Assembly: GCA_963826085.1 (NCBI GenBank)
Contig: CAWGVN010000001.1
Coordinates: forward strand, 500,768-532,767
Source: an uncultured delta proteobacterium
GTDB lineage: Bacteria > Myxococcota_A > Polyangia > Polyangiales > Polyangiaceae
DNA length: 32,000 nt
Reading direction: 5' to 3'
The position numbers and the translations under genes were made by a program. A model generated the notes under the pieces. That model searched no databases. It was not told where the DNA came from and was given only the letters and a program-made list of their open reading frames with translations. This document shows, piece by piece, positions 8,179 through 16,867 of the stretch. Position 1 is the first letter of the stretch. Each line of letters starts with the position of its first letter.

Positions 8179-9519
8179 CGATCGCCACCGTCGTGCGCGC
8201 CGCCGTGCTGGCCCTCGGCGGCGCGCTCGCCGTTGCAGTCGGCTATAGCGCATGCGGTGGGCAGTCGAGGGGCGCGCCGGGCGCGGACGCGAGCAGCGGC
8301 GCGGGCGGAAGCGCGAGTGACGCCGGGGCGGACGCGCCAGCATTGCCCGACGCCGACGCCGACGCCGCGCCGCCTCCGTGGGGCGCACTGCCGACCTGGG
8401 ATCCGGTGTGGCACGAGACGGCACCGCACCAGTGGAAGGAAGTGCCGCACGACAACATGCCGGACTGCGGGAACGGGTGTACGCCGCTATCGGCGTATCC
8501 ACCCTTCGACTTCATCCCGTTCTCGATCGACGGCGACCGGGTCGCATACGGCACCACGGCGACGTCCGGCGGCTACACCATGCTGGTCCATCTCGGCACG
8601 CAGAAGGAATACTTGATCGACGACGGTAGCACGGAGCCGCACCTTGCAAATGGTGATTATTGCCAGACAGGCGAACCCGCGCTCAGCGGCGACTACATCC
8701 TCTACCTCGTCGGGTGCCAGTCGCACTCCCGCCTCGTGCTCCGCTCGCTGAAGACCGGCGAGTCCAAGACGGTGATGTTCTTCGGCCCGATGGATGACGG
8801 CTCGCCAGGACGTACCGGCCTCACCCCGACGCACGCGTACTGGTACTACGGCAACGCCAAGGGCCCGAACTCCGTTTCCAGCTTCGACCTGAAGACGGGC
8901 AAGGTAAAGACCACCGCCAATGGTGTCGGCATCTGCCGGACAATCTGGTTCCGGCCGGGGCCGAAGGGTGACGAAGTGCTGTGCACCGACGAGGACGTTC
9001 GAGCGAGTCTTGATGATCGACATCGCGCACCAGAAGGCCACGCCGCTCTCGCCGAGCTCGTACGCCCAGAACTACGGCTACCTCTCGCCCGACGGCACGC
9101 AGGCGGTCTGGTACGACTACCGCGACCCGGGGCCCCAGGGCCAGCACGGCAGCTACGAGTACAACTACGCCGGCGAAGTCTACTGGAAGAACCTGGTGAC
9201 CGGCGAGCAGAAGCGCATCACGTTCGACAACCCAACGGAGCCGGTAAAGAAGCAGTTCCCGTCCATCCGCAACGGCGTCATCGCCTGGCAGGACTGGCGC
9301 ACCGAGGCCGAGAAGAACCCACAGGGCGGGTCGGGCTTTGCAACGCAGGCCGACCCGGTGCGCTACGAGATCGGCACTAGCGGCACCGCCGCGAACTGCG
9401 CAGCAACCGCCAACGTGCTGAACCCCGAGATGACCGCCAAGGGCATTCTCGCCCTTGGCGGCGGCATGCTACCGGACGGAGGCACGCGCGAAGCGCTGGT
9501 GCTGCTGGCGTGTCAATGA
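8175..9519 (+). pseudogene. TolB-like beta-propeller lipoprotein, reading frame broken by an apparent 1-nt insertion near 8997-9001 (true pseudogene or sequence error)
   Basis: The GTG at 8175 overlaps the upstream stop (GTGA). The lipoprotein signal is VTIATVVRAAVLALGGALAVAVGYSAC. Protein-like translation runs in frame 0 to ...GDEVLCTDEDV (~8999), then continues in frame +1 as (F)ERVLMIDIAHQKATPLSPSSY...LVLLACQ* to 9519. Frame 0 becomes Arg/Pro-rich nonsense after ~9000. A repeating strand pattern (LRSLKTGESKTV / FDLKTGKVKT / MIDIAHQKATPL / WKNLVTGEQKRITF) spans the break. Confidence 0.6.
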
Positions 9520-10223
9520 GCTGCCGGTTGCGCCACGCCGTGGCGCCCGTTGCGCTGCTGACGATCAGCATGCCGGCGCTCGCGCAGCCGAGCGCCGCCT
9601 TTCCACCCGAACAGCCGCAACCCCCCGCGGAGCCACGCCCCAATTCCCCGCCGCAGCCCGCCGCGTCCGCGCAGGCGCCCGCCTCTCCGCAGAAGGGTCC
9701 CGCCCAGCAGCGCCTGGCGTACCCGCAGCCGCGCCCGCTCTACTCCCCGCCCCCCGCGCCGTCGCTGCACCTCGTCGGCTTCACGAGCGACGTGCCGCAT
9801 GTGCGCTTTGCCGTCGAGTTCGACCAGAACCGGCGCGTGCTCGGCTGGTGCACGAACTCGTGCTGGGTCCGCCTCTGGCCGGGGCGTTATCGGGTGGACG
9901 TGGCGGCGTCGAAAGACGTGTTGGGCGGCTCGAGGCCGTTCAAGGTCGATGGGCCTGTGCTTGTAACCGTCAGCCCGCAGAGCCACAGGTCTCCTTTCTG
10001 GCTCGGCCTGGGCATCGGCAGCGCGGTGCTAGTGATCGCGAGCCCGGTGGCGGCCATGGTCTGGGCGCGCAACCTCAGCACGACGGAGCAGGACCCCTTC
10101 CCTACGGGTCTGCTCCTTCTGGGCTTCGGCTTCGTGGCAGGCGTGGTGTTGACGCCCATCAGCTGGATCAAGTGGACGCACTCGTCCAGGCCCGACTTGA
10201 CGGTCGAGCGCATCGGTCGATAG
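9516..10223 (+). CDS. Secreted/membrane hypothetical protein with Pro-rich linker, PEGA-like beta domain and two C-terminal TM helices
   Basis: The ATG at 9516 overlaps the upstream stop (ATGA). The signal peptide is MSCRLRHAVAPVALLTISMPALA. A Pro/Gln/Ala-rich stretch follows, then WVRLWPGRYRVDV and the hydrophobic segments WLGLGIGSAVLVIASPVAAMVW and GLLLLGFGFVAGVVLTPISW. Confidence 0.7.
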   Translation: MSCRLRHAVAPVALLTISMPALAQPSAAFPPEQPQPPAEPRPNSPPQPAASAQAPASPQKGPAQQRLAYPQPRPLYSPPPAPSLHLVGFTSDVPHVRFAVEFDQNRRVLGWCTNSCWVRLWPGRYRVDVAASKDVLGGSRPFKVDGPVLVTVSPQSHRSPFWLGLGIGSAVLVIASPVAAMVWARNLSTTEQDPFPTGLLLLGFGFVAGVVLTPISWIKWTHSSRPDLTVERIGR

Positions 10224-10305
10224 ACCGGGCACCCGCGCGGCGGCCATCGGTCGAGCGCCGAACGTCGTAGACAAGTGCGGCGGCGTCTCGCACGACCGCG
10301 CCGAC

Positions 10306-10330
10306 GGCTCCGGCGCCACCGCCCGGAGCC
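10306..10330. terminator. GC-rich hairpin between the convergent operon end and the four-helix pseudogene (possible factor-dependent/bidirectional terminator)
   Basis: Perfect 8-bp arms GGCTCCGG (10306-10313) / CCGGAGCC (10323-10330) with a 9-nt loop. There is no U-tract. Confidence 0.25.
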
Positions 10331-10344
10331 CGCAGCGCCGCCCC

Positions 10345-10638
10345 TCACCCGGGACGCACCACCCGCACCAACGTGCCGATCACGCGATCGAACTGCCGCA
10401 CCAGCGCAGCGTCCAGCTCCGGCATGTACCCCAGCGCCGCAGCAACCTCGAAGCAAGCCTGCTAGCGCACCGCGCGATTCTTGCCGCGGCTGTATGACCC
10501 CTCCGCCGTGTCGAGCGGTGCGCTGGCAAGCGCCCGCCGACACTGCCGAGCCAGGTCGGGGTCATGCCGCTCCAGCTGACGCAATAGCGGCCGGAGCGAA
10601 CGAACGAGGTCGAGCAGAACAGGATAGATACGCAACAT
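10345..10638 (-). pseudogene. Four-helix-bundle (23S-IVS/Avd-like) gene copy 2, inactivated by an in-frame 30-bp deletion that creates a TAG
   Basis: Same ATG context as copy 1 (ATG at 10638-10636). Translation is MLRIYPVLL...SYSRGKNRAVR then TAG (10464-10462). The same frame continues after the stop as QACFEVAAALGYMPELDAALVRQFDRVIGTLVRV.. to the TGA at 10347-10345. Confidence 0.8.
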
Positions 10639-10916
10639 GATGCAACTCCTTGGCAGCCCCAAGCCCGCCAACCGAGCGAGGGCGAAGCCCGAACCGCCGC
10701 CGCGCGCAGGAGCTGTCCAGGCTGCGAGCGATAGCGAGCACCGCCCGCAGCCGCGCGCAGCACCCGAAGAGTGCGAGCACGGCGAGGACGGCCCCGGCCT
10801 GGACAGCTCCGAGCACGGCGGCATCCTGAAAAAGCCACGAGAGGCCCTCTCGCTCTCCCCCCAAGCCCTGTGCGCGCGAGGCGAAGCCGACGCGCGCCCC
10901 GCCCTACGCCCTCGCC
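10361..10916. repeat. Copy 2 of the direct repeat (556 bp; lacks 30 bp relative to copy 1)
   Basis: See copy 1. The offset between copies is 8110 nt before the deletion point and 8080 nt after it. Confidence 0.9.
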
Positions 10917-10966
10917 CACGCTCTCGCCCTCGCCCCCGCACCCTGGCGCGCTATACACCGGGGGCC

Positions 10967-12445
10967 ATGCCGGTTCCCGACGAGCTCGCGAAGGACCCCG
11001 CCGTCGCGGGGCCGCTCGGATCGCTGGCGCTGTCGGTGGCGGCTCCGCGGGCTTCGACGCTGGCGCTGCGCGCAGTGCGCTGGCATCGAGAGCTCAGGCG
11101 GCTGGGTGTGAACATGCCGCTGTCGGTGGTGCACGATCTGGGGCTCCTGCTCGCGTGCCCGAACGAACAGCTCGAGCTCGGCGCGCGCGCCCGCTACGAC
11201 ACGCTGCTTTCCGACACGCCCGGCGGCGCGCAGTTGATGGCGGACTACCGCAAGCTGGTCGACGAGGTGTCCGCCAGCGAGACCGCGCGGCGTTCGAGCT
11301 CTCTCGCCATGGGCGACGATCTGGTGGTGGTGCTTCTGGCTCGGCTGCTCGGCAGCGCTGCCTCGCGCGCGCGCGCCGTGCCCGCCTACGTGCCGGGCCT
11401 ACCGCTCGACGCCGCTCTGCTCGAACGGCTCGAGCCGCAGCTGCCCGCGCTGTACAACTCCGTCGGCCGCAGCTGGGACCTCGCTGCGGTCCGCGCGCTG
11501 GTCGACGCGGGCCTGTACGTGCTGACGCTGGTGGACGCGCTCGACCTGGACACGCTGCAGCTGTTCGGCATGTTGGGCGGCGACGCGGCGCAGGGTGCGC
11601 TCGCCCAGGTCGATCTGCTCGGCGTGCTGGGCCAGCCCGAGGCCAACGACGTGGTCAACTTCTCGCTCGAGATCCTGCCGAGCGTGTTGGAGGCCAAGGC
11701 GCGTCCCGGCGCCGGCACGCATCCCGCGTTCGGCTACGCGGGGCTGGCGCGCAAGGGCAGCATCGACAGTCTCGTGCTCACCGAGCTGGCCTGGGACAGC
11801 GACGAGATGATGCGGCGCCTGGCGGACGACGAAGTGCTCTACTACGCGCACGAGCAGACGCGCGACGAGGCGCGCCGCGTGCACTACCTGCTCATCGACG
11901 CCTCGGCGTCGATGCGCGGCGAGCGCGCCACCTTCGCCCGCGGCATGGCGCTCGCCTCGGCGAAGAAGCTCCTGCTCGCCGGCGAGGACGTGGTCCTGCG
12001 CTTCTTCGATTCGCGACTGTACGAGCCGCGCTTTTCGCGCGGCGGACAGCTGCCGGTGGGCTACCTGCTGTCGTTCAAGGGAGAACGCGGGCGCAATCCC
12101 GCCCGCGTGTTCGGCGAGCTCGCTCGCTTTCTCGAGGTGACGGCGGCGCGCGATTCACGCCAGATCGTGGTCCACCTCTTCACGCACGCGGCTCTGTACA
12201 TCCCCCGCGACACGGTGGCCGCAATTGCGCGCACGGCGCGGCTGGCTGCGGTGTTCATGCTGCCGTCCGGCGGCGATCTTTCGCTCGACTATCTCGATCT
12301 GCTCGACGCCTACTGGGTCGTCGATCACAAGGTCCTGGCCAGCCGCGGCGCTCGCGCGGACGAGGCGCGGCGCATCCTCGGCGACGTGGGCGCGCCCGAG
12401 CCAGCAGCGCCCGTTTCGCAGCGCGCTCCGGAGCAGCGCGCATGA
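10967..12445 (+). CDS. VWA (von Willebrand factor A) domain protein with ~320-aa helical N-terminal domain of unknown function
   Basis: The ATG at 10967 is the first start outside the repeat; the ORF-track start at 10637 lies inside the repeated non-coding leader. The MIDAS motif DxSxS is in HYLLIDASASMRGERATFARGMALASAKKLL, followed by a beta-alpha-beta pattern typical of VWA (VVLRFFDS..., IVVHLFTHAA..). Confidence 0.75.
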   Translation: MPVPDELAKDPAVAGPLGSLALSVAAPRASTLALRAVRWHRELRRLGVNMPLSVVHDLGLLLACPNEQLELGARARYDTLLSDTPGGAQLMADYRKLVDEVSASETARRSSSLAMGDDLVVVLLARLLGSAASRARAVPAYVPGLPLDAALLERLEPQLPALYNSVGRSWDLAAVRALVDAGLYVLTLVDALDLDTLQLFGMLGGDAAQGALAQVDLLGVLGQPEANDVVNFSLEILPSVLEAKARPGAGTHPAFGYAGLARKGSIDSLVLTELAWDSDEMMRRLADDEVLYYAHEQTRDEARRVHYLLIDASASMRGERATFARGMALASAKKLLLAGEDVVLRFFDSRLYEPRFSRGGQLPVGYLLSFKGERGRNPARVFGELARFLEVTAARDSRQIVVHLFTHAALYIPRDTVAAIARTARLAAVFMLPSGGDLSLDYLDLLDAYWVVDHKVLASRGARADEARRILGDVGAPEPAAPVSQRAPEQRA

Positions 12446-14295
12446 TCAAGGTGTTCGACGGGCTCCGCCCTGAATCGGAGATCGACGATCTGATCGATCG
12501 GGCGCGGCGCGCACGCGAGCCGGACAACGCGCTCCGCTCGCTCGCCATCGCGTTGCTCCACACGCACGCGCGCGAGGAAGCCTACACCCGCGCCGTGCAG
12601 CGCCTGGGCGAGATCCTGGTGCAGAAGGGCGAGCACCGCGCGGCGCTGTCCACCGCCTGGTACGCCGGCGACCAGGCGCGCCAGCAGGCCCTGCTCGATC
12701 GCGTGCCGTCCGTCGACCGGGCGCGCACCTACGCGGCGTGGGCTACGGTCGACACGCAGAACGCCCTGGACCTCTACCGCCGCGCGGCGGGCGAGCTGGA
12801 GCAGGCGGGAAAGCTCGTGCGCGCGGCCATCTACTACGAGCGGTCGGGCGACGTGGGCGCGGCCCGCGCGCTGTGGTCGAGGCTGTCCGACCAGCTCGAC
12901 GCAGGAGCGGGCGAGCCCTACGCCGCCGGGCTCGCCCGCTTCAACGTGGCGCGCACCAGCCGCGAGGTGGGCGACCAGCGCGCGACGCGCGAAGCCACGG
13001 TGGCTGCCGTGCACCGGCTCGAAGAAGCGGCGGATCGCTTCGAGTCGATCGGGCAACGCGAGCGCGCCTTCGACTGCTACCACGTGCTGATCGCCATCGG
13101 CGAGCTCGGCGGGATGTTCGAGCACGTGCTCGAGGGCGTGGTGAACGCCATCCGGATCCTGGGCGAGGACAACCTCCGCTACCATGCCCTCCGCCTGTAC
13201 GATCACGCCATCGGACTGGCCGAGCGCGCGGGCGAGAGTGCGGCGGCGGCGACTCTGGCGCGCGAGATGACGACCTTCGCGCAGAAGCAAGGGCTCACAC
13301 GCATTGCCGCGCGCGGCACTCTGCGCCAATCGGAGCTGTGGCAGCACGCCGCCGACACCCTGCTCGAGCGAGGCGGACCGCCGGAGCTGGCCGAGAACGC
13401 GCTGCTCGCCAGCCTCCTCGCCAGTGCCGAGGCCGGGCAGTACGCCCGCGTCGGAAGCCTGTACCGGAGGCTCGTCGCTCTCGACCTGGAGCCGGCGCGC
13501 AAGCGCCACTACGCGCGCGCGGCCAAGCGCTACGAGAACGCCAAGGACGCGGGCTTCGCCGCCGAGCAGCTCGATGATCGGCTGGGACGCCACGTCGCGC
13601 CGCCGGACGTGTGGCACGTGGATCTGATCGAGTGGGAAGAGCACGGGTCTGCAGCCGAGGCGTGCGCGGACCTGCTGCTCGATCCGGACGAGACGGGCGA
13701 CCGCATCACGTTGCGCGCAGCGCTGACCGCGCGGCTCGTGGCGCTGGACGCCGAGGCCGCGCCCGACAACGCGCGAGGGGCCGTGGTGCTCGCGCACTAT
13801 CTCGCTCCGATCGGCCTGTACACGCTGCTCTCACCACTGGAAGCGCTGTACAAGCGACCCGAGCCGGCGGTGCGCCTCGCCGCGGTGGAAACGCTCTCGC
13901 GCTACTTCTTCAAGCGCACCTTCGTCACACTCGAGACCGCGCTGGGCGACCCGGACTCCAAGGTGCAAGCCGAGGCGGTCAGGGCGCTGGAGCGGCTGCG
14001 CTTCGAGCATGCCTGCGATCCGCTGTCGCGCATCTACCGGACCAGCAGCCGCCCCGAAGCCCGCATCGCGGCGCTCAGGGCTCTCGCGCGCATCGACGTC
14101 GACGAAGCCGCGGAGCTCCTGCTCGGGGCGCTGGACCACGGGGGCCCCGGCGAGCGCGAGGAAGCGGTCCGCGCCCTGTCCACCGCCCGGGGCACGCGCT
14201 TTTTCGACGCAGCGCGCGAAGCGTATCCGCAGGGCTCCGAGCGCCTGCGCGAAGGCGTGAAACGCGTGTTCAGCGCGCGGGGGATGGCGATCTAG
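12442..14295 (+). CDS. TPR-like / HEAT-repeat (PBS-lyase HEAT-like) protein, 617 aa
   Basis: The ATG at 12442 overlaps the VWA gene stop (ATGA). The N-terminal two thirds are all-helical and TPR/SNAP-like. The C-terminus carries clear HEAT_2-type repeats: PEPAVRLAAVETLSRY, DPDSKVQAEAVRALERL, SRPEARIAALRALARI, GEREEAVRALS. Confidence 0.8.
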   Translation: MIKVFDGLRPESEIDDLIDRARRAREPDNALRSLAIALLHTHAREEAYTRAVQRLGEILVQKGEHRAALSTAWYAGDQARQQALLDRVPSVDRARTYAAWATVDTQNALDLYRRAAGELEQAGKLVRAAIYYERSGDVGAARALWSRLSDQLDAGAGEPYAAGLARFNVARTSREVGDQRATREATVAAVHRLEEAADRFESIGQRERAFDCYHVLIAIGELGGMFEHVLEGVVNAIRILGEDNLRYHALRLYDHAIGLAERAGESAAAATLAREMTTFAQKQGLTRIAARGTLRQSELWQHAADTLLERGGPPELAENALLASLLASAEAGQYARVGSLYRRLVALDLEPARKRHYARAAKRYENAKDAGFAAEQLDDRLGRHVAPPDVWHVDLIEWEEHGSAAEACADLLLDPDETGDRITLRAALTARLVALDAEAAPDNARGAVVLAHYLAPIGLYTLLSPLEALYKRPEPAVRLAAVETLSRYFFKRTFVTLETALGDPDSKVQAEAVRALERLRFEHACDPLSRIYRTSSRPEARIAALRALARIDVDEAAELLLGALDHGGPGEREEAVRALSTARGTRFFDAAREAYPQGSERLREGVKRVFSARGMAI

Positions 14296-14342
14296 GCGCC
14301 GTACATCTGGCCGCCTCGCCCGCAGGCCGCTACGATCGCGAC

Positions 14343-16607
14343 ATGCTTCGCTCCTGGCTCCTGCTCGGCTGTGCGGTTGCGCTCGCGGGCTGCTCGTCGT
14401 CGTCGTCCAGCGGCAAGAAGAAGGCGCCACCGGTCGAAGTCGGCTCGGCGCTCGATCTCCAGGGCAGCGTGGACCCGATCATCGCGACGGGTGGCGTCGG
14501 GTTCGGGATCGGATCGGGGTACCCGGGGCCGGCGCTGCCGTTTGCAATGGCGCACCCCGGGCCGGACACGCGCCCCGCCAAGAGCGAGGGGCCGAGCTTC
14601 TACCACTGCTCGGGCTACTACTACGGCGACACACGCATCGCTGGCTTCAGCATGATGCGCATGCACGGCACGGGCGAGCCCGACTACGGCGTGATTGCCC
14701 TGATGCCCGTCGACGGCATGAACGACAGCCGCCGCGACGAGGAGGGCTACGCGGCGGGCTTCTCGCACGACAACGAACAGGCGTCGCTCGGCTACTACAG
14801 CGTCAAGCTCGACAACGGCATCCAGGTGGAAATCACGAGCACGCTGCGCGCCGCGCTGTTCCGCTTCACCTTCCCGGCCGGCATCGACCCGGTCGTACTC
14901 ATGGATTTCCAGCACACCCTGGTCAGCGGCAAGAGCGGCGGCGGCAGCGTAGGTTTCGAAGGCTCCGATACCATCACCGGCTGGATGCAGAACATGGGCG
15001 GCATGAGCAGCCGCTTCGGCGGCTTCAAGGTGTACGCGAACGCGGTCTTCGACCAGACGCCGAGCGAGAACGGCGTCTGGGACGACAGCGGCCTGCACGC
15101 CGGACAGCAGACGGCCTCCGGCACCGACCTGGGCACGTGGGTGCGCTTCCCGGCTGGCACCAAGACCGTGCAGGCGCGCGTCGGCGTGAGCTTCGTGGAC
15201 GCGATCGGCGCGATCGGCAATCTCGAGGCCGAGATCCCTGCGTTCGACTTCGACGGTACGAAGGCCAAGGCGCAAAAGGCCTGGCACGACGTGTTCTCTC
15301 GTATCGAGGTCGACCCGGTGAAGGGCGGCGACGCCGACGGCACCGAAGCCACGATCCTCGGCACGGCCCTGTATCACTCGCAGCTCATGCCCACGCTGAT
15401 GAGCGACGTGGACGGGCGCGCCGTCGACGTGCAGGGCAACGTCGTCACCGGCAAGACGCCGCGCTATAGCGACTTTTCGCTGTGGGACACCTACCGCACG
15501 CTACACCCCTGGCTGCTCTTCAGCGAGGATCCGCACAATCAGGCCTTCGCCGACTCGCTGCTCGCCATGGCAGCCGAGGGCGGTGCGCTGCCGCGCTGGT
15601 CGCTCGCCAACGGCGATGCGATGTCGATGATCGGCTCGCCGGGCGAGATCGTGATCGCCGAATCGATCGCGAAGGGCGTCAAGCCGAGCGTGGGCGAGGC
15701 CAAGGCGTACGAGCTCGCGCGCGTGGACGCGTTCGGACCATCGCCGGGGCCCATCGGCGGCCGCGGCAGCATCGCCGACTACCTGAAGTACGGGTACGTA
15801 CCGGCGGACAAGGCGGGCGGCTCCGTGTCGCGCACGCTCGAGTACGCCTCGGCCGACTACGCGATGGCCGCGTGGGCGAAGAAGCTCGGCAAGAGCGCCG
15901 ACGCCCAGACGCTGTCGAAGCACGCCGACTCGTGGAAGAAGCTCTACGACCCCGCCCTGGGCTTCTTCCACGGGATGAACAGCGACGGGAAGTTCGATGC
16001 TTGGCGCGGCGATACCGCTGTCGGCAACGACTACACCGAGGGCGACGCCTGGCAGTACATGTGGCTGGTGCCGCAGGATCCAGCCGGCCTGGCCCAGATT
16101 CTGGGCGGCACCCACAAGGCCGTCGCCAAGCTCGACGAGTTCTTCACGCAATCGGAAAACGAGAAGCCGCTGGTCGGCGCCCGCATGTACTACTGGCACG
16201 GCAACGAGCCGGATCTGATCGCGGCCTGGCTCTACGCCGCGTGGGGCGATCCGGCGCGCACGGACAAGTGGGTGGACTGGATCGTCCACACCTTCTACGG
16301 CACCGGCAACGACGGCCTGGCGGGCAACGACGACAGCGGCACGCTCAGCGCCTGGCTGCTGTTCGCTTCCACCGGGATCTACCCCGTCGCCGGCACGGAT
16401 CGCTACATCGTCGCCGCGCCGCGCTACCCGCGCATCGTACTGCACCGCCCGTCGGGCGATCTCGAGATCACGACCACCGCCGATCCGCGCAAGTACCCCG
16501 TGCCGCTGTCGATGAGCCTCGACGGCAAGAAGGTAGACGGCCCGTACCTGACCCACGCCCAGCTCGCCGGCGCTCACCACCTCGTCTTCACGATGGGTCC
16601 GTCGTGA
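14343..16607 (+). CDS. Glycoside hydrolase family 92 (alpha-mannosidase) lipoprotein
   Basis: Lipobox MLRSWLLLGCAVALAGC. GH92-type motifs are PALPFAMAHPGPDT, FSHDNEQASLGYYSVKLDNGIQVEITSTLRAALFRFTFP, YWHGNEPDLIAAWLY and GNDDSGTLSAWLLF. Confidence 0.9.
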   Translation: MLRSWLLLGCAVALAGCSSSSSSGKKKAPPVEVGSALDLQGSVDPIIATGGVGFGIGSGYPGPALPFAMAHPGPDTRPAKSEGPSFYHCSGYYYGDTRIAGFSMMRMHGTGEPDYGVIALMPVDGMNDSRRDEEGYAAGFSHDNEQASLGYYSVKLDNGIQVEITSTLRAALFRFTFPAGIDPVVLMDFQHTLVSGKSGGGSVGFEGSDTITGWMQNMGGMSSRFGGFKVYANAVFDQTPSENGVWDDSGLHAGQQTASGTDLGTWVRFPAGTKTVQARVGVSFVDAIGAIGNLEAEIPAFDFDGTKAKAQKAWHDVFSRIEVDPVKGGDADGTEATILGTALYHSQLMPTLMSDVDGRAVDVQGNVVTGKTPRYSDFSLWDTYRTLHPWLLFSEDPHNQAFADSLLAMAAEGGALPRWSLANGDAMSMIGSPGEIVIAESIAKGVKPSVGEAKAYELARVDAFGPSPGPIGGRGSIADYLKYGYVPADKAGGSVSRTLEYASADYAMAAWAKKLGKSADAQTLSKHADSWKKLYDPALGFFHGMNSDGKFDAWRGDTAVGNDYTEGDAWQYMWLVPQDPAGLAQILGGTHKAVAKLDEFFTQSENEKPLVGARMYYWHGNEPDLIAAWLYAAWGDPARTDKWVDWIVHTFYGTGNDGLAGNDDSGTLSAWLLFASTGIYPVAGTDRYIVAAPRYPRIVLHRPSGDLEITTTADPRKYPVPLSMSLDGKKVDGPYLTHAQLAGAHHLVFTMGPS

Positions 16608-16657
16608 AGGGCGCGATCCCGGGACAGCAGGCGATGATCCGACCGGACAGGCTTTCC

Positions 16658-16867
16658 TTTTTCACAGGAAGATCGGAAGCGCGGAAGGTTTGTGGGGTCG
16701 AGGGCTGTGCGGTCCGGCGCGGCTAATCCAGAGACTTGCAGTCGCATATCGACGAGCAACCGCTGGATGCGCCGCACGACGGGCCCCACCCCTCGACCCC
16801 CAAAATCAAAGCCGTTCGCCAGATCCGTGAACTGCTCCTTCCGACCTTCCGATCTTCCTGTGAAAAA
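16658..16867. repeat. Long imperfect inverted repeat (~210-nt potential hairpin / MITE-like or structured-RNA element) in a convergent intergenic region
   Basis: Perfect 22-bp arms TTTTTCACAGGAAGATCGGAAG (16658-16679) and CTTCCGATCTTCCTGTGAAAAA (16846-16867). The pairing extends to 31 nt with 2 mismatches (16680-16688 / 16837-16845). Inner arms are TTTGTGGGGTCGAGGG (16689-16704) and CCCCTCGACCCCCAAAA (16789-16805). The right arm carries a 31-nt insertion (16806-16836). Confidence 0.7.

Noticed and set aside
3417-8502. Many ORFs of 200-520 aa on both strands inside the giant gene (such as 3607-5175 minus, 5493-6851 plus, 5830-7314 minus, 7462-8502 minus)
   Set aside because: They show the same off-frame composition (R/A/P/G runs). 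They are fully nested in a 1655-aa ORF that has a signal peptide and recognisable repeats.
2251-10916. Diversity-generating retroelement (Avd + TR/VR) interpretation of the duplicated cassette
   Set aside because: No reverse transcriptase ORF is in the window. The four substitutions between the copies (T/C, C/T, A/C, G/C) are not adenine-specific. The repeat covers the Avd-like ORF itself rather than the 3' end of a target gene.
10967-16607. MoxR-VWA or Bat-like operon, or a VWA-based conflict system
   Set aside because: No AAA+/MoxR ATPase, protease, nuclease or other effector gene is adjacent. Only the VWA and HEAT/TPR genes are coupled, so I report the pair as unexplained rather than as a named system.
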